From a virus (taxonomy: Duplodnaviria > Caudoviricetes): a DNA stretch of 34,305 nucleotides. The DNA is taken from IMG/VR virus record IMGVR_UViG_3300032235_000429, positions 1 through 34,305 of that record. One strand, written 5' to 3'. The notes beneath the pieces are model-generated. The model did not search any database. It saw only the letters and a list, made by a program, of their open reading frames with translations, and was not told where the DNA came from. The translations under genes and the position numbers were made by a program. Positions within the stretch are counted from its first letter, which is position 1. The number at the start of each line of letters is the position of its first letter. Shown here one piece after another: positions 19,528 to 28,373 of the stretch.

Positions 19528-19539
19528 TTAATATATAAT
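19511..19539 (+). promoter_or_regulatory. Sigma70-like promoter for iscA
   Basis: TTGCAA(19511)-17 nt-TATAAT(19534); ATG 6 nt after the -10 box. Confidence 0.6.
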
Positions 19540-19545
19540 ACTCCA

Positions 19546-19872
19546 ATGATTACCCTGTCTGAAACAGCAGCTAGGCGAGTAAAGTCACAACTTGAAAAAA
19601 GAGGACGCGGCCTGGGCATCACAATTGGTGTGACAACTACCGGTTGTTCTGGACTGGCTTATAAATTAGAGTACATAGACGAATTACCTGCAGCCGGCGA
19701 GTACATGAGCTTTAACAGTCACGGTGTGATAATATTTGTTAGCCAACGCGACCTTGTGTACCTAGATGGTTTGGTCATGGAATGGCATCGTAAAGGTCTG
19801 CAAGAAGGTTTCGAATTCAACAATCCAAATGAGCGCAATCGTTGCGGTTGCGGAGAAAGTTTTCAAGTTTAA
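19546..19872 (+). CDS. iscA: A-type iron-sulfur cluster assembly protein IscA (HesB family)
   Basis: ITLSETAA, TGCSGLAY and FNNPN...CGCGESF; all three conserved Cys present. Confidence 0.93.
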   Translation: MITLSETAARRVKSQLEKRGRGLGITIGVTTTGCSGLAYKLEYIDELPAAGEYMSFNSHGVIIFVSQRDLVYLDGLVMEWHRKGLQEGFEFNNPNERNRCGCGESFQV

Positions 19873-20571
19873 ATGATAATATCACGATATGATTATACCC
19901 CTCTCGAAAAAGAAAGCGTAGAGGGCAAGCGCCATTATGCCTTGCCAGATGGTAGTCGAGTGCCTAGTGTAACAACAATCCTAGAACGGACCAAACCTGA
20001 AGAAAAGAAGCGAGCATTGCAAGAGTGGCGCAATCGTGTGGGCCATGAACGTGCTCAACAGATCACTACAGAAGCAGCCAATCGTGGAACACGCATGCAC
20101 ACCTATCTTGAACGCTATGTCAAAAGCGATGACATAGGTGAACTACCCTCAAATCCATTTGCACAGCCGTCGTGGTTCATGGCAGCTAAAGTAATACTTG
20201 AAGGCTTACAACATGCTGACGAATACTGGGGCAGCGAAGTGCCACTTTATTATAGCGGGTTATATGCAGGTACCACAGACCTAGTGGGCGTATGGAAAGG
20301 GCAACCTGCTATCATGGACTTTAAACAAACCAACAAGCCCAAAAAGCGTGAGTGGATTGAGGACTATTTTCTACAGCTGGCAGCCTACGCAGAAGCACAC
20401 AACGACACCTACGGAACAGATATAAACACGGGTGTTATTCTAATGTGCGCCAAACCCGCTACAGAACACGAAGATCCTGTGTATCAGGAATTCGTACTAG
20501 AGCCCAAAGATTACGCACACTGGCGCGATCAGTGGATGCGTAGAGTCGAGCTGTATTACCTGACAAGCTAA
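19873..20571 (+). CDS. PD-(D/E)XK exonuclease
   Basis: PSVTTIL, RGTRMH, SEVPLY, AGTTD, IMDFK, QLAAY. Confidence 0.88.
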   Translation: MIISRYDYTPLEKESVEGKRHYALPDGSRVPSVTTILERTKPEEKKRALQEWRNRVGHERAQQITTEAANRGTRMHTYLERYVKSDDIGELPSNPFAQPSWFMAAKVILEGLQHADEYWGSEVPLYYSGLYAGTTDLVGVWKGQPAIMDFKQTNKPKKREWIEDYFLQLAAYAEAHNDTYGTDINTGVILMCAKPATEHEDPVYQEFVLEPKDYAHWRDQWMRRVELYYLTS

Positions 20572-20597
20572 ATACACAATATAGTTAGGAACAGATT

Positions 20598-22349
20598 ATG
20601 GCCGTAGTGCAAATATCAAGAATTCAGCATAGACGTGGTTTAGAGCAGGACTTCCCACAGCTAGCATCAGCAGAACTAGGTTGGAGTATAGATACCCGTA
20701 GATTGTTTATTGGTAACGGGCTAATCAGTGAAGGTGCTCCTGAAGAGGGTGTGACAGAAATTCTTACTGTTTACACTGACATTATTGCATTACTTAAAAC
20801 TTACACATACAAAGGTCTAGCAGGCGGTACCACTGTTATTACTGGTGCTTCTGTTATGAGCCCAGTAACACGTACACTACAAGCAAAACTAGATGACTTT
20901 GTCAGTGTTAAAGACTTTGGTGTAGTTGGTGACGGTATTACTGATGACACTAACGCTATTCAACGTGCCTTGGAAAACTTATGGCCTACAGAACAATTTA
21001 GTCGTGCGTATGCACAACACAGAACACTGTTGTTTCCGGCAGGTGTTTATGCAGTATCTGATGTAATCATAATACCTCCGTTTGTTAAATTAGTCGGAGA
21101 TGGAAACTACAGTACACGTATCAAACAAATTGATAATACAAAAGACGCAGTTGTTAGACTCTGCGATAGTTATTATCAAACTGGCACAGACTTTGGTAAG
21201 CCTGATCCAGTGTTTAGTTATGCACCAGAAACCTCAAATTATTATATCAGTGATATAGTGTTTGAACGAGTAACTGATGCTGATTGTGTATGGATTGATG
21301 GTAGTAGCAATGTTACTTTTGACCGCTGTCACTTCATTGGAAGAAAATCTTTAACCAGCTCAGAATCTTATAACAATACTCCAATTGTGGACACAGGATC
21401 ATCTAGTGTCAAGATCACAGGCACCAGTTATTCTAATAATACTCCAGCTAAGAATATAGTATTCAATAACTGTACTTTTAAAACAGCCGCAGTAGGTATT
21501 AGAATTGATAATCAGGCATATGGTACCACAGTTATTGGTAGTTACTTTAATCACTTACATCGTGGTATTGTAATGGGAGAAACTTCTGGTGGAAGAGATA
21601 GCCCAGCTACAACATTGTATCCAAGAACAGTTAGTGTATCCAGCAGTTACTTTGATATCATTGCAGATCGTGCAATTGACGGACATGAAGATTGCGGACC
21701 AGTGTTAAGTAGTGGCAACACATATGAAAGTGTTGGTTACGGTGGATACACTTACGATGAAGATCAAAAACCTATAAGTCCTGTAATTGATTTTGCTACT
21801 CACGGTAGTTCCAGTGTTAATGATTCTTTTTATAGAAGGTATGTTGGCACTAGCCATCGCAGAGATCCATTAGATCTAGATCTTTCAGGTGGTCCAGAAG
21901 TACCTCTAGGTCTTCCTTTGATTGAAGACAACGGATTCCAAGGCACATACCTAAATGCTGAAGAAGGTCTGCAAATGGGTCGTATGGTTCAGACAACAGG
22001 TTACACTGCTGTGTTGGCTGATAACACCCCTACTGCAAATATTATAACTAATAACTTTCAAGGCAACTTGCGTGTTCAAGGCCCAGGCACAATTACCTAT
22101 GTTGCACAACGCGATGACGATTATAGAACTGGTAGTTTCCGTGTAACATGGAATGATGCATCGGGTGCGGTATTATATGATGAAGAATACACAGAGACAT
22201 CAGATATTGGGTTGACTCTTACCGCTACATTCCATGAAGGGGGTAATCACCCACCTGTAGAAGTGTTTTACACAACCACTGACACCGGTGTTGATGTAGA
22301 TTTACAATATAGTATCAAGTACCATACAGCAAATAATTCACCTCAATAA
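20598..22349 (+). CDS. Tail-associated protein with pectin-lyase-like beta-helix
   Basis: VSVKDFGVVGDGITDDTNAIQRA...LLFPAGVY...KLVGDG; fibre-type N-terminus RIQHRRG...ELGWSIDTRRLFIGNG; CTAAATA at 20568. Confidence 0.8.
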   Translation: MAVVQISRIQHRRGLEQDFPQLASAELGWSIDTRRLFIGNGLISEGAPEEGVTEILTVYTDIIALLKTYTYKGLAGGTTVITGASVMSPVTRTLQAKLDDFVSVKDFGVVGDGITDDTNAIQRALENLWPTEQFSRAYAQHRTLLFPAGVYAVSDVIIIPPFVKLVGDGNYSTRIKQIDNTKDAVVRLCDSYYQTGTDFGKPDPVFSYAPETSNYYISDIVFERVTDADCVWIDGSSNVTFDRCHFIGRKSLTSSESYNNTPIVDTGSSSVKITGTSYSNNTPAKNIVFNNCTFKTAAVGIRIDNQAYGTTVIGSYFNHLHRGIVMGETSGGRDSPATTLYPRTVSVSSSYFDIIADRAIDGHEDCGPVLSSGNTYESVGYGGYTYDEDQKPISPVIDFATHGSSSVNDSFYRRYVGTSHRRDPLDLDLSGGPEVPLGLPLIEDNGFQGTYLNAEEGLQMGRMVQTTGYTAVLADNTPTANIITNNFQGNLRVQGPGTITYVAQRDDDYRTGSFRVTWNDASGAVLYDEEYTETSDIGLTLTATFHEGGNHPPVEVFYTTTDTGVDVDLQYSIKYHTANNSPQ

Positions 22350-22356
22350 TTAAAAT

Positions 22357-22806
22357 ATGTTTCGACTGCCTGCGGCTTCCAGACTGGAAGCCTGGCGTAA
22401 CTTTCGCAAATCGTTAGATGACTTAGAGTTTGAGTCGGCTCTACAACAAACTGCGGAGTTTTGGACGCCAGCACCATATACTCCTTACTATCTTGATCCA
22501 GATGACGTAGAGTCTTGGCCTGATCCTTGGACTCTAGTGGAAGAAAATTATTATTGTGATCTTGCAAAATCACTTGCAATGCTGTATACTGTGTATCTTA
22601 CTGGTCATAAAAATAGCATAGAATATGAAATAAGAGTATATAAAGATCCAGACACTGGTGTGCTGTACCATATAGCTTACTTGTGTCAAGGAAAATATAT
22701 ACTTAATTTGGTCGACAGTGAAGTCGTAAATAACACATCAATTAACAAAAAGTTTAAGTTGGTACGCTGCTACGATAGCAGCAAATTGAATCTAGAAAAA
22801 TATTAA
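22357..22806 (+). CDS. Hypothetical protein, possible transglutaminase-like cysteine protease fold
   Basis: WPDPW...YCDLAKSLAMLYTV...YHIAYL...YILN. Confidence 0.55.
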   Translation: MFRLPAASRLEAWRNFRKSLDDLEFESALQQTAEFWTPAPYTPYYLDPDDVESWPDPWTLVEENYYCDLAKSLAMLYTVYLTGHKNSIEYEIRVYKDPDTGVLYHIAYLCQGKYILNLVDSEVVNNTSINKKFKLVRCYDSSKLNLEKY

Positions 22807-22816
22807 TGAGGCGTCA

Positions 22817-25120
22817 ATGACACAGATACAAGTAACAAAGCGTAGTGGCGGTAAAGAGTCACTAAATTTAGAAAAGTTACACAAGGTAGTTTTTTGGGCA
22901 ACTGAAGGAATTACAGGTGTAAGTGCAAGTGAAGTAGAAATAAAATCCCACATACAGTTTTACAACGGAATAGAAACATCAGCAATACAAGAAACCTTAA
23001 TTAAGAGCGCAGCAGATTTAATATCTGAAGAAACTCCTAACTATCAATATGTTGCTGGTCGACTAATCAATTACCATTTACGTAAACAAGTATATGGTGA
23101 CTACACTCCTTGGCCATTAATTGATCTAGTTCGTAAGAACGTGGAGGCTGGTTTTTATGATACGGGTCTTCTCGCCGCCTACACTGAAGAAGAGTGGGCG
23201 ACCTTGGACAGTTTCGTCAAACACGAGCGTGATGAAAACTTTACTTATGTGGCCATGGAGCAATGGCGTGGCAAGTATCTGGTACAGAATCGTGTAACTG
23301 GTGACATATTTGAAACACCACAGGTGGCATACCTATTAATTGCAGCAACACTATTTCAAAGTTATCCTAAAGAAACAAGACTACAATGGATCCGAGATTA
23401 TTATGATGGAATCAGTTTACACGATATTAGCTTGCCTACTCCTGTCATGGCCGGTGTACGCACTCCGCAAAAACAATTCAGTAGCTGCGTACTTATCGAA
23501 ACTGCTGATAGTTTGGATAGCATCAACGCCACTACTGCTAGTATTGTTAAGTATGTCAGCCAGAAGGCAGGAATCGGAATCGGAGCAGGTAGAATACGTG
23601 CTCTCGGAAGCCCAATACGTAACGGCGATGCTTACCACACCGGAGTCGTTCCATTTTACAAGTTGTTCCAGAGTGCAACCAGAAGCTGCAGTCAAGGCGG
23701 AGTCAGAAATGGTGCTGCTACTTTGTACTACCCGATCTGGCACCTCGAGATTGAGGACTTGATTGTTTTAAAGAACAATAAAGGCACAGAGGATAATCGT
23801 GTACGTCATATGGATTATGGCGTCCAATTTAACAAATTAATGTACGAAAGACTCATTACAGGTGGCGATATCACATGTTTTTCGCCTCATGATGTGCCTG
23901 AAATGTTCGAAGCGTTCTTTAGTAACCAAGACCGCTTTAAAGAACTATACGAACGTGCAGAACGTAATACTAAACTAAAGAAGAAAACTTTCAAGGCTGC
24001 TGACCTTTTCAGCAGATTCATGCAAGAGCGTAAAGACACTGGACGAATATATTTGCAGAACGTTGATCATGCCAACACACATAGTCCTTTTGACGAGGCC
24101 GTGGCCCCAGTGAAGATGTCTAACTTGTGCGCTGAAATTGATTTACCCACAGTCCCATTAACAGATATCAACGATGCTAATGGAAGAATTGCATTATGTA
24201 CACTGAGTGCGATCAACTGGGGTAATGTCCGACAACCTGGTGACTTTGAAAAGATGTGTCGCTTGGCTGTACGAGGCCTTGATGCCTTATTGAGCTATCA
24301 AAACTATCCTGTGCTGGCAGCAGAACTTGCCACACAAGAGTTCCGTCCACTAGGAGTGGGTATTATTAACTTTGCCTACTTCCTGGCCAAGAACGATGTT
24401 AGCTATAGTGATCCACGAGCATTGGCCATAGTTGATGAATATGCCGAAGCATGGAGTTATTACTTGTTGAAAGCCAGTGCAGACCTAGCGGAAGAACAAG
24501 GCGCCTGTACCAGATGGAAAGACTTGAAGTCAGCACAAGGCATATTGCCTATTGACACACGTAAAGCTGATGTGGATGAACTAGTGCCATATCAAGAACG
24601 TATGCCATGGCAGGCCTTGCGTGAACAAGTACAACGTACTGGACAGCGCAATGCGACATTGATGGCACTAATGCCTGCAGAAACATCTGCACAGATTAGT
24701 AATGCCACAAATGGTATAGAGCCACCGCGAAGCTATGTTAGCGTTAAAGGTTCAAAACACGGCCAATTGAAGCAAGTTGTGCCCGAATATCGCAAATTAA
24801 AGAACAAATATGAACTACTTTGGGACCAAACTAGTCCAGAAGGTTATATCAAGCTATGTGCGGTACTACAAAAATACATTGATCAAGGTATTAGTGTAAA
24901 TACTTCCTACAATCCACAACACTACGCAGATGAAAAGATTCCGATGAGTGAAATGTTACAACACTTAATCATGTGTTACAAATATGGATTAAAGCAGTTG
25001 TATTACTTTAACACATTTGATGGTCAAGGCGAAATCAACGTTGACAAGTTGATGGAGTCAAAGCCAGTTGAAGAAGCAGTAATGGATGACGCAGCAGACT
25101 GCGATAGTTGCACAATATAA
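22817..25120 (+). CDS. nrdA: Ribonucleoside-diphosphate reductase class Ia alpha subunit with ATP cone
   Basis: VTKRSG ATP cone, QFSSCVL, SNLCAEI, CTLSA, LYYFNT, C-terminal CDSC. Confidence 0.98.
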   Translation: MTQIQVTKRSGGKESLNLEKLHKVVFWATEGITGVSASEVEIKSHIQFYNGIETSAIQETLIKSAADLISEETPNYQYVAGRLINYHLRKQVYGDYTPWPLIDLVRKNVEAGFYDTGLLAAYTEEEWATLDSFVKHERDENFTYVAMEQWRGKYLVQNRVTGDIFETPQVAYLLIAATLFQSYPKETRLQWIRDYYDGISLHDISLPTPVMAGVRTPQKQFSSCVLIETADSLDSINATTASIVKYVSQKAGIGIGAGRIRALGSPIRNGDAYHTGVVPFYKLFQSATRSCSQGGVRNGAATLYYPIWHLEIEDLIVLKNNKGTEDNRVRHMDYGVQFNKLMYERLITGGDITCFSPHDVPEMFEAFFSNQDRFKELYERAERNTKLKKKTFKAADLFSRFMQERKDTGRIYLQNVDHANTHSPFDEAVAPVKMSNLCAEIDLPTVPLTDINDANGRIALCTLSAINWGNVRQPGDFEKMCRLAVRGLDALLSYQNYPVLAAELATQEFRPLGVGIINFAYFLAKNDVSYSDPRALAIVDEYAEAWSYYLLKASADLAEEQGACTRWKDLKSAQGILPIDTRKADVDELVPYQERMPWQALREQVQRTGQRNATLMALMPAETSAQISNATNGIEPPRSYVSVKGSKHGQLKQVVPEYRKLKNKYELLWDQTSPEGYIKLCAVLQKYIDQGISVNTSYNPQHYADEKIPMSEMLQHLIMCYKYGLKQLYYFNTFDGQGEINVDKLMESKPVEEAVMDDAADCDSCTI

Positions 25121-25130
25121 GAGAGAAACA

Positions 25131-26258
25131 ATGAGCGTATTCAATATTAATAATAAAAAAAATCACACAGAAGCATTGGCATTTTTAGATGAATCTGGCG
25201 CAGCACCAATACAGCGTTATGACGTATTAAAGTATAGACAGTTTGATAAACTGACAGACAAACAGTTGGGCTTCTTTTGGAGACCAGAAGAAGTAGATGT
25301 CTTGCGTGACAGCAAAGACTTTAAAGAGTTAACCGATCATGAGCAACATATTTTTACAAGTAATCTTAAGCGACAAATCCTTTTGGATAGTGTGCAAGGT
25401 CGTAGTCCTAATCTTGCTTTTCTCCCTATTGTTACGATACCGGAATTGGAAACCTGGATACAGACCTGGGCATTCAATGAAACCATCCATAGTCGCAGTT
25501 ACACTCATATTATTCGTAACGTGTATTCTAACCCTAGCGATGTCTTTGATGCACTAACTGAAATTGATGAGATACTGGATTGTGCAGTAGACATCAGCAA
25601 GTACTATGATGACTTGATTGAATCAGTGTCATGGTATAAATTACTAGGCTTGGGCGTACACAAGGTCAACGGGGAGAATGTTGTTGTCAACATGTACGAC
25701 CTTAAAAAGAAATTGTGGTTATGCTTGAACAGCGTAAACGCATTAGAAGGAATCCGCTTCTATGTTAGCTTTGCTTGCTCATGGGCATTTGCAGAACTAA
25801 AGAAGATGGAAGGCAATGCCAAGATCATCAAACTGATTGCACGAGACGAAAACGTACATTTAGGTTCCACGCAGACCCTACTTAAACTGCTACCTCAGGA
25901 TGATCCAGATTACATTCGTATTAAAGAAGAAACTCGTGCCGAATGTGAATCGATGTTTTTATCAGCAGCAGCACAAGAAAAAGCCTGGGCACATTATCTG
26001 TTCAAAGATGGCAGCATGATTGGTCTTAACGAACAGTTATTGAGCCAGTATGTGGATTGGTTGACCTGTAAGCGTATGACAGCAGTGGGACTAGACTGCG
26101 GTATCAAGCCAGGATCAAATCCGCTACCATGGACAGCCAAATGGATTGCAGGCGCAGAAGTTCAAGTAGCACCACAAGAAACAGAAATAAGTAGTTATGT
26201 AATAGGTGGTACCAAGCAGGACGTAGACTCAAACACCTTTAAAGGGTTTAGTCTGTAG
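25131..26258 (+). CDS. nrdB: Ribonucleoside-diphosphate reductase class Ia beta subunit
   Basis: FFWRPEEV, LLDSVQGR, ETIHSRSY, LEGIRFYVSF, RDENVH, VAPQETEISSY. Confidence 0.98.
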   Translation: MSVFNINNKKNHTEALAFLDESGAAPIQRYDVLKYRQFDKLTDKQLGFFWRPEEVDVLRDSKDFKELTDHEQHIFTSNLKRQILLDSVQGRSPNLAFLPIVTIPELETWIQTWAFNETIHSRSYTHIIRNVYSNPSDVFDALTEIDEILDCAVDISKYYDDLIESVSWYKLLGLGVHKVNGENVVVNMYDLKKKLWLCLNSVNALEGIRFYVSFACSWAFAELKKMEGNAKIIKLIARDENVHLGSTQTLLKLLPQDDPDYIRIKEETRAECESMFLSAAAQEKAWAHYLFKDGSMIGLNEQLLSQYVDWLTCKRMTAVGLDCGIKPGSNPLPWTAKWIAGAEVQVAPQETEISSYVIGGTKQDVDSNTFKGFSL

Positions 26259-26280
26259 TATTCAATTAAAGGAAATTTCA

Positions 26281-26865
26281 ATGAAAGTAATCGCAGGATT
26301 ATTACTCGCCATCGCTGCAGCACTCACAGTCAAGGCAGTTAATGATCAAATCACAGACTCAGTAACACAATCTGTCAACAGTCAAATCACAGATGCAGTA
26401 ACACAAGCAGTAAATCCCAACATCGAGCAGTCAGATCAGATTAACGGTAAGCCATTACCAAACAAACCTAGCAAAACTATGTTTGAATCTAGATTGATTA
26501 CTCAAGACGTATTAGATGCACGTGGTAAACCAACAGGCTGGGTAGTTGTAACATCACGCAGTGTGCGTGACCAAGGCACACGCAGTCCCATACATGTACA
26601 TCCACATGGCGGACAAACCTGTGTGGTATCCGGCGAAATGAGTTTATACCTAGATGGCGAGCCAAAAGTGCAAACAGCAGGCCCTGGTGATTGCTACTGG
26701 ATGCCAGCTGGACGTAGAATGTCAGGTGTTAACTCTGCAGACAGTCGTACTATCATGATTGATACATTTGTTGTACCTCGCGGCGAACAAGTATGGATCG
26801 TGGTTGAGCCTGGCATGAAAGATGCACAGGATCAGTTTGATAAACTATTTCACACAGGACACTAA
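26281..26865 (+). CDS. Signal-peptide cupin-domain protein with duplicated Reb-like motif
   Basis: MKVIAGLLLAIAAALTVKA leader; VNDQITDSVTQ/VNSQITDAVTQ; cupin PIHVHPHGGQTCVVSGEM...AGPGDCYWMPAG. Confidence 0.75.
   Translation: MKVIAGLLLAIAAALTVKAVNDQITDSVTQSVNSQITDAVTQAVNPNIEQSDQINGKPLPNKPSKTMFESRLITQDVLDARGKPTGWVVVTSRSVRDQGTRSPIHVHPHGGQTCVVSGEMSLYLDGEPKVQTAGPGDCYWMPAGRRMSGVNSADSRTIMIDTFVVPRGEQVWIVVEPGMKDAQDQFDKLFHTGH
26338..26415 (+). repeat. 36-bp imperfect coding duplication
   Basis: tcaaatcacaga..cagtaacacaa occurs twice with 36-nt period. Confidence 0.9.
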
Positions 26866-26866
26866 A

Positions 26867-27211
26867 ATGAAATTCTTATTTTTCAGAGCAGACTGGTGCG
26901 ATCCTTGTAATCGTATGGCACCATCAATTGAAACCACATTTGAGAACGAGGGTGTTAAAAATCGTTACACATTGGAACGCATCAACGTTGATGAGAATCC
27001 AGAACTTGCTTTTAAAATGAAAATTAATGCAGTTCCTACCTGTGTTATTGTAGACGACAACGGCAAGGAAAGATCTCGTCGTGTTGGTGCTATGCCTCAG
27101 CGTAAGATAATGGAGTGGATGGAAGATGATTCTTATTCAATGCTATTATTGGCGTTGAAAGCACCCAAGGCTTGGTTAAAATCAACAATAGCAGACAAAT
27201 GTAAGTTATAA
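26867..27211 (+). CDS. Thioredoxin
   Basis: FRADWCDPC, INVDENPELA, AVPT cis-Pro; start ATG 26867 after AGGA. Confidence 0.9.
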   Translation: MKFLFFRADWCDPCNRMAPSIETTFENEGVKNRYTLERINVDENPELAFKMKINAVPTCVIVDDNGKERSRRVGAMPQRKIMEWMEDDSYSMLLLALKAPKAWLKSTIADKCKL

Positions 27212-27225
27212 TTAAGGAGAAAAAC

Positions 27226-27534
27226 ATGTTAAAAAAAGTTAAACAAATATTAGGCCTAACACAAAAAGACCCAACAATTGGTTCAATTGAACTATGGGCT
27301 GGGCACATGATACCACGATGCTTTGCGCCTTGCCAAGGTCAAAAAATGTCTATTAAAGATAATGCGGCATTATTTTCCATAATTGGTACAACCTACGGTG
27401 GCGATGGCATGCAATATTTTAACTTGCCAGATTATCGTCCACGTGATGCCAAAGGTAACCCATTGTCATGGGACAAGGCTGACACCCCCATGGTACTAAT
27501 CTGCATCTATGGTATCTATCCGAGCTGGGATTGA
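27226..27534 (+). CDS. Stand-alone phage tail collar domain protein
   Basis: IGSIELWAG...CQGQ...NAALFSIIGTTYGGDG...FNLPDYR...ICIYGIYP; AAGGAG SD. Confidence 0.85.
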   Translation: MLKKVKQILGLTQKDPTIGSIELWAGHMIPRCFAPCQGQKMSIKDNAALFSIIGTTYGGDGMQYFNLPDYRPRDAKGNPLSWDKADTPMVLICIYGIYPSWD

Positions 27535-27536
27535 TA

Positions 27537-27782
27537 ATGTTAACAGTATATAGTAAAAATAATTGTCCATTTTGCGTCAAAGCAAAACATCTATTAGAGA
27601 CAAAAGGTATTGTGTACACCGAAGTAAAAATTGACGAAACTCCTGAAGCTAGGGAGTTCGTTGTTGCTGAAGGACATCGCACAGTACCACAGATTTACAA
27701 AGATGGCAAGTTGTTGGTTGAAGGTGGTTACCAGGGACTAGCAAAACAAGACGAAGAATTTTTCACTCAATTAAAAGGTTAA
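27537..27782 (+). CDS. Glutaredoxin
   Basis: VYSKNNCPFC, RTVPQI, EGGY. Confidence 0.93.
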   Translation: MLTVYSKNNCPFCVKAKHLLETKGIVYTEVKIDETPEAREFVVAEGHRTVPQIYKDGKLLVEGGYQGLAKQDEEFFTQLKG

Positions 27783-27783
27783 A

Positions 27784-28098
27784 ATGTTAATTTCAAAAAA
27801 CAAGTATGATGCAGGCGATATCATTGCTTTCAAATTAGTCAACGGTGACGAAGTTGTAGCAAGAATAGAATCAGAGTCCGAAACACACTTTGAACTAGAT
27901 CGCCCTACTACAGTAATTCCCAGTGCTCAAGGTATTGGCTTGGTGCAGAGCTTGTTTACAGCTGACTCAAAAGCTGGCATAAGTATTAGTAAGCAGCATG
28001 TTCTCATGCACAGTCCTGTGATTGAACAAATGAAGAATCATTATATTCAAACTACCACAGGAATACAGCCAGTAACCAAAGGTGGGATAATAACCTAA
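27784..28098 (+). CDS. Hypothetical protein (possible Sm-like beta barrel)
   Basis: FKLVNGDEVVARI...LDRP pattern. Confidence 0.65.
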   Translation: MLISKNKYDAGDIIAFKLVNGDEVVARIESESETHFELDRPTTVIPSAQGIGLVQSLFTADSKAGISISKQHVLMHSPVIEQMKNHYIQTTTGIQPVTKGGIIT

Positions 28099-28370
28099 TG
28101 CCAGCAATCGCAAGACATGGTGATACTAACGAAGAAGGCGGAACAATAGTTTCGGGTGCCAGCACAGTTACGGTTAACGGACAACTGGTGGCACAAGTTG
28201 GAAATCTTGTTGAACCACATTACCCAGGCGGAGTACCACACGAAACGGCCACTATCACTGATGGTAGTAGCACAGTAAAAGCCGACGGTGTTCTTGTTGC
28301 CTTTGTAGGTAGCGGTAACAGTTGTGGGCATTCTATAGTTGCTGGCAGCTCGGATGTAATAGTAGGTTAA
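28098..28370 (+). CDS. PAAR-repeat spike tip protein (T4 gp5.4-like)
   Basis: MPAIARHGD...GASTVTVNGQLVAQVG...H...GSSTVKADG...CGH...GSSDVIVG. Confidence 0.9.
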   Translation: MPAIARHGDTNEEGGTIVSGASTVTVNGQLVAQVGNLVEPHYPGGVPHETATITDGSSTVKADGVLVAFVGSGNSCGHSIVAGSSDVIVG

Positions 28371-28373
28371 CGA

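Noticed and set aside
19873-20571. Cas4/CRISPR-associated gene
   Set aside because: Lacks the Cas4 Fe-S cysteine cluster and any cas context; looks like an ordinary phage exonuclease.
22817-26258. Intein, intron or homing endonuclease in nrdAB
   Set aside because: Both ORFs are continuous and of normal class Ia length.
27226-28370. Bacterial T6SS/eCIS locus suggested by PAAR and collar genes
   Set aside because: Context is phage replication and virion genes; no T6SS or eCIS core genes are present.
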